Positions 46,671 to 56,570 of a DNA stretch of 64,000 bases are shown piece after piece. Source of the DNA: Patescibacteria group bacterium (lineage in GTDB: Bacteria > Patescibacteriota > Patescibacteriia > PEXW01); the NCBI GenBank assembly GCA_041665345.1, contig JBAYJA010000001.1, positions 393,206-457,205 on the forward strand, given 5' to 3'. The position numbers and the translations under genes are program-made. The notes beneath the pieces were generated by a model that saw nothing but the letters and a program-made list of their open reading frames with translations, made no database searches and was not told where the DNA came from. Positions within the stretch are counted from its first letter, which is position 1, and every line of letters begins with the position of its first letter.

Positions 46671-47744
46671 ATGTACGCTGTCCTCTTAGCGGGTGGTGGT
46701 GGCACACGGCTCTGGCCTGTGTCTCGTACCAATAATCCAAAGCAGTTTCAACCCTTCTTGGGTTCTAAGACATTGATCCGGGCAACCTACCAGCGCCTGC
46801 GCAAGGGTTTTCCGGTGGAGCGAATCTACGTATCAACGAATGAGCTGCAACGAAAGCTCATTGCTCGGCAACTCCCCAGCGTTCCACTGCGGAACTACAT
46901 TGTCGAACCTGCGAAGCGGGACACCGCGCCAGCCATTGGTTTGGTGGCAACCGTCCTTGCGAAGCAAGACCCAAAGGCAGTTTTTGTTACTGCGAATGTG
47001 GATCACTACATTGAGAAAGAAGCAGCCTACCACCAAGCACTGCGTGCTGCTGGAAAGGTTGTACAGAAACATCCAGATACCATTGCACTTCTCGGTGTGA
47101 ATCCAACATACCCGGAGACTGGGTATGGATACATAAAAATGGGCCGTCCCGCATTCCGAATCGGCAAACAGGAAGTTTTTCACGTCGATCGCTTTGTGGA
47201 AAAACCAGATTTCGCCACGGCCCAAAAGTACCTGAAGCGCTGGGAGTACTTGTGGAATCCAGCCATGTTTGTGTGGCGTGCCAGCACCTTGCTTCACCTT
47301 TTCCAAAAGCACTTACCTCAGCACGCAAAGATTTTGCATCGTATTGGCGCTGCGGTGGGCACACCTCAAGAGCGATCAGTCATTCGTAAAGACTTCCCAA
47401 GCCTCAAGCCAATTTCCATTGACTACGGGATTATTGAAAAAACCAAAGACATGCTGGTGTTGCCGGTGGATTTGGGTTGGGCGGATGTTGGGCACTGGCG
47501 CACGGTGCGAGATGTGCTTCGGGGTTCACCCAAAGCGAACGTTCTTCGCGGCACGCACATTGGCACCGCAGAAAATTGTTTGATCTACGGATACACCAAG
47601 CGGATTATTGCCACCGCCGGTTTGAAAGATATGATCATTGTTGATACCGAGGATGCGCTGCTGGTTTGCCCGGCTGACAAGGCGCAGGATGTGAAGCAGA
47701 TTGTGGATGAACTCAAAGCGAAGAAATTGAAGCGCCTGCTATGA
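46671..47744 (+). CDS. manC: Mannose-1-phosphate guanylyltransferase
   Basis: LAGGGGTRLWPVSR..PKQF, ETGYGYI, FVEKP, SIDYGIIEK, WADVG. Confidence 0.9.
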   Translation: MYAVLLAGGGGTRLWPVSRTNNPKQFQPFLGSKTLIRATYQRLRKGFPVERIYVSTNELQRKLIARQLPSVPLRNYIVEPAKRDTAPAIGLVATVLAKQDPKAVFVTANVDHYIEKEAAYHQALRAAGKVVQKHPDTIALLGVNPTYPETGYGYIKMGRPAFRIGKQEVFHVDRFVEKPDFATAQKYLKRWEYLWNPAMFVWRASTLLHLFQKHLPQHAKILHRIGAAVGTPQERSVIRKDFPSLKPISIDYGIIEKTKDMLVLPVDLGWADVGHWRTVRDVLRGSPKANVLRGTHIGTAENCLIYGYTKRIIATAGLKDMIIVDTEDALLVCPADKAQDVKQIVDELKAKKLKRLL

Positions 47745-48760
47745 AGAAACTCTGGTGGCTTCTCCTTGCTCTGCCCTTTCTCTTTCTTGTTATTTTCATT
47801 GTGTGGTTTGGGCAGGCGACGTCTGGAGAGGGTCCGCTGCAGAGCCCACAGCAAGTAACCATCACCGCTGGTCAAGGGGTGAATGCCATTGCCGCAGACC
47901 TCTCCGCAAAAACCGTGATTGGTTCTGATCTAGCATTCAAGATCAGTGTTGTGCTGGAAGGCGCACGCAACTCTTTTATTCCGGGAGAGTACACCATCCC
48001 TGCCAAGGCGAATATCCGAAAAGTCATTGAAATTCTCATCAGCACGCCGGAAGCAGAAGAAGTGAGTGTACGGATTCAAGAAGGCTGGACTGCCAGGGAA
48101 ATTGGGGATGCTCTGGAAAAAGCGGGTGTGCTTTCGGCTGACGCATTTGTTACTGCTGTCAGCACCCCGGATTCCCGTACCATTGCGCCAGACCGAACCT
48201 ACGATTTTTTACGCGATAAGCCAGCAACTGCAAACTTGGAAGGGTACTTGTTTCCTGACACGTACAAATTTTTCAAAGATGCAACGGCGAAGCACGTTGT
48301 GCAGAAGTTCTTGGATACCTTTGCATCGAAAGTCTCGGCAACGATTCTTTCTGATATTCGTAGCCAAGGGCGAACCGTCTTCGATGTCGTAACCCTAGCA
48401 AGTATTGTGGATAAAGAAGTTCGGACTGACGCAGACCGTCGCATTGCCGCTGGGGTTTTCTGGACACGCCTGGCGCATGGCATTGCTTTGCAGTCTGACG
48501 CAACGGTGAACTACGTGACTGGGAAGCAAGCCCTCCAGCCAACGAATATCGATCTGAGTACAGCTTCACCGTACAACACGTACCAGAATCGCGGCCTGCC
48601 CCCAGGGCCAATTGGCAACCCAAGTTTTTCCGCTATCCGCGCAACCGCGAACCCCCAAGATTCAGACTACCTCTACTTCCTCACCAAGCCAGACGGCACC
48701 ACGGTCTTCAGCAAAACCTACGAAGAGCACCTGGCCAATAAGCGGAAGTACTTACAGTAG
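47741..48760 (+). CDS. mltG: Endolytic transglycosylase MltG
   Basis: LEGYLFPDTY, LQSDATV, SPYNTY..GLPPGPI.NP, YLYF. Confidence 0.95.
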   Translation: MKKLWWLLLALPFLFLVIFIVWFGQATSGEGPLQSPQQVTITAGQGVNAIAADLSAKTVIGSDLAFKISVVLEGARNSFIPGEYTIPAKANIRKVIEILISTPEAEEVSVRIQEGWTAREIGDALEKAGVLSADAFVTAVSTPDSRTIAPDRTYDFLRDKPATANLEGYLFPDTYKFFKDATAKHVVQKFLDTFASKVSATILSDIRSQGRTVFDVVTLASIVDKEVRTDADRRIAAGVFWTRLAHGIALQSDATVNYVTGKQALQPTNIDLSTASPYNTYQNRGLPPGPIGNPSFSAIRATANPQDSDYLYFLTKPDGTTVFSKTYEEHLANKRKYLQ

Positions 48761-48761
48761 T

Positions 48762-49457
48762 ATGTCCAAAACCCCAATTGTCATTTCGCTTGGTGGCTCG
48801 CTGGTTGTACCAGATGAGCTGAACGTCCGCTTTTTGAAAAAGTTTCGTGCGCTCATTTTGCAATTAGTGAAGCGAGGACAACGGTTCATCCTCATCGTTG
48901 GCGGAGGGAAAGTCGCCCGGCGGTACCAAGCAGCTGCCAGGCAGGTGACCAAGCTCACCCCAGATGACTTGGACTGGCTGGGTATCCACGCCACACGATT
49001 GAACGCTCACCTCTTGCGGACGTTGTTCCGGGATTACGCACATGCGCAAATTATTACCAGCAAAGAGAAGATCAATTCGCGTATCCGATCGAAGATTATA
49101 GTGGCTGCAGGATTTCGACCCGGTTCATCTACAGACTACGACGCCGTGTTGCTTGCCAAAGCTTTTGGCGCACAGACAATCCTCAACCTTTCGAACATTG
49201 ACTACGTCTACGACGCTGATCCGCGCAAGCACCCAAACGCCAAGCCACTGAAGCAGCTGGATTGGCGAACCTTTACGAAACTCGTTGGCACCACCTGGGA
49301 TCCAGGCGCAAACGTACCGTTTGATCCGGTTGCCAGCAAGTGGGCAGCCAAGTGGGGGATGCAGGTGGTCATTACCAGGGGTACGGATTTCGCAAACCTC
49401 CGTGCTTGGTTGGGGCAGGGGAAAGGGAAGGGGACGGTTATTCAAGGAAAGCGGTAG
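48762..49457 (+). CDS. pyrH: UMP kinase, archaeal type
   Basis: VISLGGS, VGGGKVARRY, DWLGIHATRLNA, PGSSTD, WDPGANVPFDPVA. Confidence 0.9.
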   Translation: MSKTPIVISLGGSLVVPDELNVRFLKKFRALILQLVKRGQRFILIVGGGKVARRYQAAARQVTKLTPDDLDWLGIHATRLNAHLLRTLFRDYAHAQIITSKEKINSRIRSKIIVAAGFRPGSSTDYDAVLLAKAFGAQTILNLSNIDYVYDADPRKHPNAKPLKQLDWRTFTKLVGTTWDPGANVPFDPVASKWAAKWGMQVVITRGTDFANLRAWLGQGKGKGTVIQGKR

Positions 49458-49770
49458 GGTAGAGAACTGTAAGCTGTAGAGGTCTTGGAGGTCCGCAACA
49501 ATCTGTCATTGCGAGTGACGTGGCAATCTTGCTGTACCACAGAACCAAGATTACTGCCCGTGCTCTTTTTGCATACCTGGTTTCAATAGCACGGTCTGTC
49601 CATTAGGATTACCACCCCCTACCCCCTCCTTATGCAAGGAGGGGAGGAGTTTCTCTGTTAGCCATACCTTTTGCCCATCCGACACCCCGACCCTTCAACC
49701 CCACTCGCCGCCACACCCAAACCCTACCCTTGACAAGCCTATAATTATTGCATAAGCTCCATACACAGCA

Positions 49771-49879
49771 TCCGTAGACCGCAGGTCCCTTTAGGGATAA
49801 TGGCTCAGCCACCTGCGCAGGAAGCACCGCTCAGCTTTTTTGAGCGTTTCCCTGTCTACGCCTGCGTAGGCTATTTTTT
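49771..49879 (+). promoter_or_regulatory. L10 leader RNA
   Basis: CCGTAGACCGCAGG...TAA...CCTGCGCAGG pattern and hairpin plus T-run upstream of rplJ. Confidence 0.75.
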
Positions 49880-49888
49880 TACCCACCT

Positions 49889-50413
49889 ATGGCAAAATCT
49901 AAACAGCAGAAGCAAGCGACCGTCGCCGGCCTGGAAGCCCAGATTGACGGCATGAAGTCCGTGATTTTTATCGCCACGGATAAGCTTACGGTCAAGGAAG
50001 AAACCAAGCTCCGGCAGCAACTCCGTGCGGGTGGTGTGCCGTTCTCCGTGGTGAAGAAAACCCTGCTCAGCCGTGCATTGGAAGCGAAAGGTATCAAGGC
50101 TGATGGTACCGCGCCTTTCCGGGGCACTATTGCTGCAGCCTTCGGTGTCGCTGATGAAGTGCAACCAGCAGCTTTGCTCAACAGTTTCATGAAGGGCATC
50201 AAGACCGTGAAATTCATGGGCGGGGTGCTCAATGGTCAGTGGATGACCGCGGCCCAAGTCTCCAGCCTGGCAAAACTCCCCAGCAAAGCTGAACTCTTGG
50301 CCAAGTTGGTGGGTACACTGCAAGGTCCAACCCGTGGCTTCGTGGGCGTGCTGGCCGGCCCCATGCGTGGATTTATCCAAGTGCTGAAAGCCAAGGCCGA
50401 AAAAACTTCCTAA
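49889..50413 (+). CDS. rplJ: 50S ribosomal protein L10
   Basis: [27 protein letters not shown]. Confidence 0.95.
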   Translation: MAKSKQQKQATVAGLEAQIDGMKSVIFIATDKLTVKEETKLRQQLRAGGVPFSVVKKTLLSRALEAKGIKADGTAPFRGTIAAAFGVADEVQPAALLNSFMKGIKTVKFMGGVLNGQWMTAAQVSSLAKLPSKAELLAKLVGTLQGPTRGFVGVLAGPMRGFIQVLKAKAEKTS

Positions 50414-50450
50414 GCTATTTCCTTTCAATAATTTCTTAACCCAGAAACCT

Positions 50451-50861
50451 ATGTCAGACGAAAAACAGCCAGTCGAAGTGCCAGAGAAGTTCAAAGCCCT
50501 GGTGGAGCAAATTGAGAAGCTCTCCGTGCTAGATCTCTCTGAGCTTGTGAAAGTGCTCGAAGAGAAGTTCGGGGTTTCCGCCGCCGCGCCCATGATGATG
50601 GGTGCCATGCCCGCCGCCGGTGCAGCTGCCGGTGGAGAAGCGGAAGAGAAGTCCACCTTCAACGTGGAACTCACCAGCGCTGGTGGCAGCAAGATTGCGG
50701 TCATCAAAGTCCTGCGCGAAGCAACAGGCAAAGGCCTGAAGGATGCCAAGGACATGGCCGACGCCGCACCAAAAGTGGTGAAGGAAAACGCCAGCAAGGA
50801 AGAAGCAGAAGACCTGAAGAAGAAGCTGGAAGAAGCCGGCGCCACCGTTACTTTGAAGTAA
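50451..50861 (+). CDS. rplL: 50S ribosomal protein L7/L12
   Basis: [34 protein letters not shown]. Confidence 0.97.
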   Translation: MSDEKQPVEVPEKFKALVEQIEKLSVLDLSELVKVLEEKFGVSAAAPMMMGAMPAAGAAAGGEAEEKSTFNVELTSAGGSKIAVIKVLREATGKGLKDAKDMADAAPKVVKENASKEEAEDLKKKLEEAGATVTLK

Positions 50862-50875
50862 GCATATCCAGTAAG

Positions 50876-50908
50876 AAAAAAGACCTCTCCAATTGGGGAG
50901 GTCTTTTT
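50876..50908 (+). terminator. rplJL terminator
   Basis: AAAAAGACCTCTCC..GGGGAGGTCTTTTT. Confidence 0.8.
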
Positions 50909-51010
50909 GGTAGGAAGAAATAGACCAATAGAACATCGGATATTGACAATCCCCCTTACTTTTTCTAGGGTAAAATGAAACGAAAAGAACCTTAAAAAAC
51001 TGGAGGAAAC

Positions 51011-51943
51011 ATGAGTATAAGAACACTCACGCATCGAAACTTCATTGGCGCTTTGTTTGGTGGTATTGCAGGAATTTTGACCTTCGCCATGGTTGCAGAA
51101 TGGCTACTCCCCGTTGGTCTGCTGCTCGGGGTGGTCACTGGCTTCTGGTACGATGTCATTTTTGAACGCTGCACGAAGCAGTTCTTCGCAGATCTCGCCG
51201 CGGTCTACCTCGCTGTTATCCCACTCCTGGGAATTATGCACCCACTTTGGTTGTGGCAGGGGAGTATGCATGGTGCAACCGGCAACATTGTCATCTCTTG
51301 TGTGCATGCTGCAATTTGCGTGTACACCGCTGTACTAACAATTTGGTTTTGCAGCAATATTGTAAGTCCAAACATGAACAGCCAATTTGAAAATATGTCG
51401 GTTTGGAAGTACATTCGTATGCGAGCAACTTTCTTTACACTGGCACCAATTGTCGGACTACAATTCTTACTGATTTGTGTACTCTGGGTCACTTTTGGCC
51501 TTGCGTACCTAATTGTTGCTGGCATCGCTCTTCCGCCAGTGATATTTCTCCGTAACATGGTTCGGGTGATGGGTCGGTCTGAACATTGGACATGTCTTAC
51601 AGTAACGTTGATTATTACTGGATTGTGTGCCATGTTTCTACGCCCAACGGTTGAAAACCAAATTGTCCTTTGGGTGACTGCGCTTGTTTCTGGTGTACTA
51701 TCTGGCTTGTTCACTATAGCTGTGCAGCACTATGTGGCGCCGTACTTTGGAACGAAGAGAATCATTCAATCTTGGATGCAGTCGGGAACACTCAAGTCTG
51801 AGTGGAAAAATCGATGGACGCAATTGGCTCTCATAGATCGACTTTCAGTTCTTACGCTTACAAAGCGAGTTTGCGAAGTACTCGATGGGTATAAAGAAAT
51901 TCTTTGGCCGAAAGAGTCAGAACCGAAACCTGAAAATGCATAA
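51011..51943 (+). CDS. Multi-pass membrane hypothetical protein
   Basis: GGAGG SD; many TM helices; own promoter-like sequence and terminator. Confidence 0.75.
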   Translation: MSIRTLTHRNFIGALFGGIAGILTFAMVAEWLLPVGLLLGVVTGFWYDVIFERCTKQFFADLAAVYLAVIPLLGIMHPLWLWQGSMHGATGNIVISCVHAAICVYTAVLTIWFCSNIVSPNMNSQFENMSVWKYIRMRATFFTLAPIVGLQFLLICVLWVTFGLAYLIVAGIALPPVIFLRNMVRVMGRSEHWTCLTVTLIITGLCAMFLRPTVENQIVLWVTALVSGVLSGLFTIAVQHYVAPYFGTKRIIQSWMQSGTLKSEWKNRWTQLALIDRLSVLTLTKRVCEVLDGYKEILWPKESEPKPENA

Positions 51944-52057
51944 ATAACTCATTTAGCGGACTCACTTGAGTCCGCTTTTTTATGCTTGACCAAACCCGTG
52001 CTTCCTTTATACTGTAATGCTAACCGAAAGGAAAAAATACAAAATTGCGGAGGAAAT

Positions 52058-52246
52058 ATGGCTCAGCAAAAAAAGTGCAAAGGTTGTGGTAAAGTCCTGA
52101 GTATGGGTCAAAGTCACAATTGTCCCCGGCTGGATGGACGTACCATAAGCTACAATGATGACAGCTTTCTGGAAATCCTTGCTGACCTGGGTACTGCCGT
52201 TATCGATGCAGCAGCAGATATTGATTTCGACTTCGATATTGACTGA
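52058..52246 (+). CDS. 62-aa protein with CxxC..HxC motif and acidic tail
   Basis: GGAGG SD; CKGC..HNC; DIDFDFDID tail; promoter-like sequence and terminator flank it. Confidence 0.65.
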   Translation: MAQQKKCKGCGKVLSMGQSHNCPRLDGRTISYNDDSFLEILADLGTAVIDAAADIDFDFDID

Positions 52247-52353
52247 GCGAACCTTCGCGAACCCCACCAGGGTTCGCCTTTCTTTTTTTGAGAGGTTTAG
52301 CGCTTGACAAAGGCATGTCCTTATGAGAGGCTTTTGGGAACATAAATACCCAC

Positions 52354-52896
52354 ATGAGGATAGGTATGCGAAGTACATTACTACAGTGCTTTTTTACATG
52401 GCGAGTGAAAACAGCAAATGAAGCAGAGTTAGCTAAGGCAGATGTGATTTTGGTGCAATCATTTGGCCTTCGGTCAGATTCCTCAGGAAAGAGCAACCAT
52501 ATGCTCGCTGCTATAGTTTATCGGTTGCATCATGAGTTGCACATTCCGATCATCGCACAGCATGAAGTGGCAGACTACCTGCCTGAACCGCCGCTCTACG
52601 TTATCCAAAAGCACAGGGTAGCAGGGGAGTACCTTGATACGTTTGAGGTCATGGCACAGAGTTATGATGTCTGCGTGCAGCATGCATTCACAAATCCAAT
52701 TATCGTCGCGCACCCAGACCATCAGTGGCGGGTGATGAAAGTCAGCGAGCGGTTTGGTCTGCATCCACTAGCCGCCGATGTTACGCTTGTGCCGTATGAT
52801 TGGCTATCGATCCAGTGGTGGACACGGAGGAAAGCGTTTTTCATTTTTCGGGAGCTTCTCGCCCGGTTAAAGTACTGGAAAGAGGGGAAGATCTAA
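52354..52896 (+). CDS. DUF218/YdcF-like protein
   Basis: ADVILVQSFG, YLDTFE, IVAHPDHQWR, QWWTR, RELLARL. Confidence 0.6.
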   Translation: MRIGMRSTLLQCFFTWRVKTANEAELAKADVILVQSFGLRSDSSGKSNHMLAAIVYRLHHELHIPIIAQHEVADYLPEPPLYVIQKHRVAGEYLDTFEVMAQSYDVCVQHAFTNPIIVAHPDHQWRVMKVSERFGLHPLAADVTLVPYDWLSIQWWTRRKAFFIFRELLARLKYWKEGKI

Positions 52897-52954
52897 GGTA
52901 TGCGAGGTCTCAACAGGCCTCGCTTTTTTATACCGATGATGTTACTTTTTACTC

Positions 52955-53671
52955 ATGCAGGCGCACACGAAAGTTCTATTCAAAAATGCGACATCTAAGA
53001 AGGCGTTGCTGTACATCTTCCTGTACATAGTCTTCATTGTCGTCGTTGCCTTCTTGGCGAAAGCCTACATTGACCGAGAGCAACTTCGGGTCTTCATCGA
53101 CGATACAGGCACGTTGGGCATGCTCGTCTTTGGCGTACTTGAATACCTGTATGTGGTTTTTGTGCCCATCAACACCACAATTCATCTCATTGCCGGGTAC
53201 CTTTTTGGCGGGAATGTCGGGTGGGTATTCAATTTTGTAACCACCACTGCTGGACTATTCACCATTGTGCTGCTGGTGAAAAAGTATGGCCGGCCGCTCC
53301 TCATGAAGATTGTTTCGCCACATTTCTTAGAGCAGTACGATGCGCTTGCGGCTAAGATTGGACCCTTCACCCTGTTTGCTTTTTACGTCCTCCCCCTTTT
53401 CCCTGATGATGAATTAACCTACGTTGTTGCCGCTGCCAATATTCGATTTTCTCGGTTTGTCCTGCCAATTCTTTTTGGGAATATCACCAAGGCGGCAATA
53501 AGTTACGTCGGTGCTGAAGGTGGGGGTGGTTTTCGTCTTGCACTTGGTTCCAGAGTAGTTGTCTTTGTGATTGGGGGAATTTGCATTGGTCTGCAAGAGT
53601 ACTGGGTGCAACGCAGACAAAGGAAGTTGGAGCAGAGGGATAGTCGCGCTTTGCATAAAGGGGGAGCTTAG
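52955..53671 (+). CDS. TVP38/DedA (VTT) membrane protein
   Basis: AGYLFGG, KKYGRP, LPLFPDDELTYV. Confidence 0.85.
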   Translation: MQAHTKVLFKNATSKKALLYIFLYIVFIVVVAFLAKAYIDREQLRVFIDDTGTLGMLVFGVLEYLYVVFVPINTTIHLIAGYLFGGNVGWVFNFVTTTAGLFTIVLLVKKYGRPLLMKIVSPHFLEQYDALAAKIGPFTLFAFYVLPLFPDDELTYVVAAANIRFSRFVLPILFGNITKAAISYVGAEGGGGFRLALGSRVVVFVIGGICIGLQEYWVQRRQRKLEQRDSRALHKGGA

Positions 53672-53712
53672 GTCAGGTAGGAAGATAGCTTTGGGAGCAA
53701 TTTTTCTTCTTC

Positions 53713-53741
53713 TTGACCTTCGGCTATTCTTCGGTTATACT
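53713..53741 (+). promoter_or_regulatory. Sigma70 promoter with TTCGG-N6-TTCGG operator (putative LexA box)
   Basis: TTGACC-[TTCGGctattcTTCGGt]-TATACT. Confidence 0.8.
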
Positions 53742-53754
53742 GGGAGGTAGCAAT

Positions 53755-54012
53755 ATGCTGCTTTTCCACGAACAACCTAAGGCTAAGGTTCGAGTCTTCG
53801 TTGACTGCAACAAGCAGGTAGTAAAGCCTGTAGCCTTCTTTTGGGGTGGGAAACGGTATGACGTCTGCAACGTGAACCTGGTGTACCAGCGGCGGCGAGG
53901 GGATCGGTATGATCTCTGTTTTGCTGTGTCGGACGAGGCGAATGCGTACGTGCTCAGCTGCAACCCGGAGAATCTCGAATGGACGTTGGAGGAGGTGCGG
54001 GGGGAAGGGTGA
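53755..54012 (+). CDS. Small beta protein, probable Y-family polymerase accessory (YqjX/DUF6504-like)
   Basis: KPVAFFWGGKRYDV...WTLEEV; GGAGG SD; operator-bearing promoter. Confidence 0.7.
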   Translation: MLLFHEQPKAKVRVFVDCNKQVVKPVAFFWGGKRYDVCNVNLVYQRRRGDRYDLCFAVSDEANAYVLSCNPENLEWTLEEVRGEG

Positions 54013-54339
54013 GGAAGCGGCTAACGGAATACGGTATCGCAGCCCGTATCGGATAGCGTTTAGTCGAAGTGGTTATACGGTACGTTAGCCGAAATCCGAT
54101 ACCGTAAACCGATACCTGCCTGCGCGAAGCCGCTCCGGCCACCAGCCCAGTGGGCGAAGGCAGGCGGTTGGCGACACCTTCCACCGTATGCCGAGTATAA
54201 AAATACGGCCCACATCACTTTACGTAATGCAGGCCGTTCAATGCCGAACCTCGGTGAAACTGAAACGGTTTGTAATCAACGAGATCGACCGATAGTAGCA
54301 ATCTACACTTTACGTAGAAGTTGTCAATAACGTCTATTT

Positions 54340-55011
54340 TCAAATTAAGTACGGGTACTCGGAAATGAAGTTTTTCCAAATCCGCGGGGCAATAGGCGCA
54401 ACGGTCGTCGTCAGCTGGTTTGCTGCCTGCAACCGCACAGGATGTTGCTCACGCCACTCTGCTGCCGTAATGCCGAACATGACGCCGTCTACCCGTTGAC
54501 CATTGATAAAGGCGATAGACCGACGCACGCCTTCTTGTTGGTAGCCGCAGGCGAGGAGACACTTCTGGCTGGCCAGGTTATGACTGAACGCTTCGCTATC
54601 AATCTTCTGCAAGTCCAGCGTATTGAAAGCGTACTCCAAGAGTGCCAGCTTGGCTTCCCGGCCATAGCCTTTGCCACGGTGCTGTGCGTTACCAATGTAG
54701 GAGCCAGTGGCTGCTCGGCGGTTGAACCAGTCAATGTGGTGCAAGCCCATGGTGCCAATGAGTGTGCGGACCTCGTTCTCTACTAGATCAATGGCAAAGA
54801 CAATGTCTGATGGTGGAATACCTGGGCGCATGATGCGCTCCAGCCAGTCCCGCTCTGCCAGTTCGCTGTACGGTGTGCGGACGGCAAGCACCAAGCGGAA
54901 TTCTGGCTGATTGATCCACCGAGTGAAGAACGGCAGGTCAGCCATTTCTGGGGGGCGGAGCACAAGGTTTGGGGTGGTAAGGAACGTAACGGATTGGTGT
55001 TGGTTTTGCAT
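54340..55011 (-). CDS. RimJ/RimL-type GNAT acetyltransferase
   Basis: LVLRP, IGTMGL, RGKGYG, YAFNTLDL, N.AS, GYQQEG. Confidence 0.92.
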   Translation of the reverse strand: MQNQHQSVTFLTTPNLVLRPPEMADLPFFTRWINQPEFRLVLAVRTPYSELAERDWLERIMRPGIPPSDIVFAIDLVENEVRTLIGTMGLHHIDWFNRRAATGSYIGNAQHRGKGYGREAKLALLEYAFNTLDLQKIDSEAFSHNLASQKCLLACGYQQEGVRRSIAFINGQRVDGVMFGITAAEWREQHPVRLQAANQLTTTVAPIAPRIWKNFISEYPYLI

Positions 55012-55102
55012 GTGAACCTCCAAAAAATGTTTGAGCAAAAACAAAAATCTGCACCAGTCATATTTGGCGCAGTGCGGGTGAAAAAAAGTAGTTTCTCCAG
55101 TC

Positions 55103-55198
55103 TTACTTCACTCCCACAACGCCGAACATGCGGCAATCGCTGGCCTGTTTCCAGGTCAGAAATCCCATGCTGCGGTAGTGGTGAGCGAAGTTGTACAT
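55103..55198 (-). CDS. Putative 31-aa leader peptide upstream of the GNAT gene
   Basis: MYNFAHHYRSMGFLTWKQASDCRMFGVVGVK* between a TTGACA/TACACT promoter-like sequence and a terminator at 55037-55072. Confidence 0.45.
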   Translation of the reverse strand: MYNFAHHYRSMGFLTWKQASDCRMFGVVGVK

Positions 55199-55248
55199 AA
55201 CGATTCGAAGTGTACACCCCAATTCCACTTAATGTCAATAATGTTTCT

Positions 55249-55335
55249 ATGCAACGTGTCATTCTCCACCTAGACATGAATTCGTATTTTGCATCTGTAG
55301 AACAACCTTTCGACTTCGCTCAGGGTTGCTCTTGA
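55249..55335 (+). pseudogene. Truncated duplicate of the Y-family polymerase N-terminus
   Basis: MQRVILHLDMNSYFASVEQ, then palindrome CCTTTCGACTTCGCTCAGGG and a stop. Confidence 0.8.
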
Positions 55336-55347
55336 GAATTTCCATTT

Positions 55348-56562
55348 ATGAGTCTACCTCGAGTGATACTGCACTTAGACATGAACTCATACTTCGCCTC
55401 GGTAGAGCAGCAGGCGAACCCGTTTTTGCGTGGGAAGCCCGTGGGCGTGTGCGCCACGCTCACCAACCGCGGCTGCATTATTGCGTCGTCCAAAGAGGCA
55501 AAAGCATTTGGGGTAAAGACGGGCTGCCGGGTGGACGAAGCTCGGCAGCGCTGTCCGAACATCCGGTTGGTGGAAGTGGATCCGTCTAAGTATCGTTCTA
55601 CCACCGAACGGATTTTTAAGCTTTGTGCAGAGTACACCGAAGATCTGGAGGCGTACTCTATTGATGAAGCTTTTTTGGATTTCACTAGCACAGTCCCAGA
55701 TTTACTAGCTGCGGCAAAGCTGGGTGAAGAAATAAAAGTGCGGATTCAGCAGGAGGTAGGCGAGTGGCTGAAGTGTTCCATGGGCGTGGCGCATACACGC
55801 TGGTTAGCAAAATTCGCCGGGGACACTGCACCCAAGGGTGGGTTGGTTATCCTGGATGACCGCAACCTTGGTGCCTACCTCAAAGGCCGTGACGTGCAGG
55901 AAGCCTGGGGGATTGCCGGGGCGACGGCTGCGCACCTGGCGCGGATGGGGATTACTACCCTGGATCAGCTGCATCAGGCTTCGCCAGTGAACCTCATGGA
56001 GGTTTTTGGCATTCGCGGGTATGAGTTCTGGGCAAACCTGCATGGCGTTGAGCTGGGTGGCGTGCAGGAAGAACGTCCGCCAAAGTCCATTGGGCATAGC
56101 CACGTCTTGCGCGTTCGTACCCGTGATTTGCGGTTCCACCAAACGCTGCTCATGCGCCTGTGCGAGCGCACGGGCCGGCGGCTACGGGCGCTGGGTTTAG
56201 AAGCGCACGGTGTGTACGCGCAGGTACGCCTGGAGCGGGCCGGTGGGCTGGGCTCCTCACACAAACTTGGCCACGGCATCACTGATACGCTGCCGCTCTA
56301 CCAGGAGGTCTGGAATATACTCAGTCCAGGTGTGACTACTGACCTACCTACGTTCTACGCCCTGGGTTTGTTCCGGCTCCGGCCTGTCACGCGGCAGCTC
56401 TCACTTTTCACTCCACCCAAAAATCACGCCCTTAGTGCGGCACTAGACGCAATCAACAGTCGGTATGGCGAAGAGACTGTTACCTTTGGTCGGCTCCGGA
56501 TGCTTCAAGGTCACCATGCGCCAGACCGCATTGGCTTCCGGAAGAGCGTGAGTTGGAAGTAG
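55348..56562 (+). CDS. dinB: Y-family DNA polymerase (Pol IV/YqjW-like)
   Basis: HLDMNSYFASVE, YSIDEAF, PKSIGHS, QLSLF clamp motif, ALDAINSRYG RecA-NT-like tail. Confidence 0.9.
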   Translation: MSLPRVILHLDMNSYFASVEQQANPFLRGKPVGVCATLTNRGCIIASSKEAKAFGVKTGCRVDEARQRCPNIRLVEVDPSKYRSTTERIFKLCAEYTEDLEAYSIDEAFLDFTSTVPDLLAAAKLGEEIKVRIQQEVGEWLKCSMGVAHTRWLAKFAGDTAPKGGLVILDDRNLGAYLKGRDVQEAWGIAGATAAHLARMGITTLDQLHQASPVNLMEVFGIRGYEFWANLHGVELGGVQEERPPKSIGHSHVLRVRTRDLRFHQTLLMRLCERTGRRLRALGLEAHGVYAQVRLERAGGLGSSHKLGHGITDTLPLYQEVWNILSPGVTTDLPTFYALGLFRLRPVTRQLSLFTPPKNHALSAALDAINSRYGEETVTFGRLRMLQGHHAPDRIGFRKSVSWK

Positions 56563-56570
56563 GTACAGTA

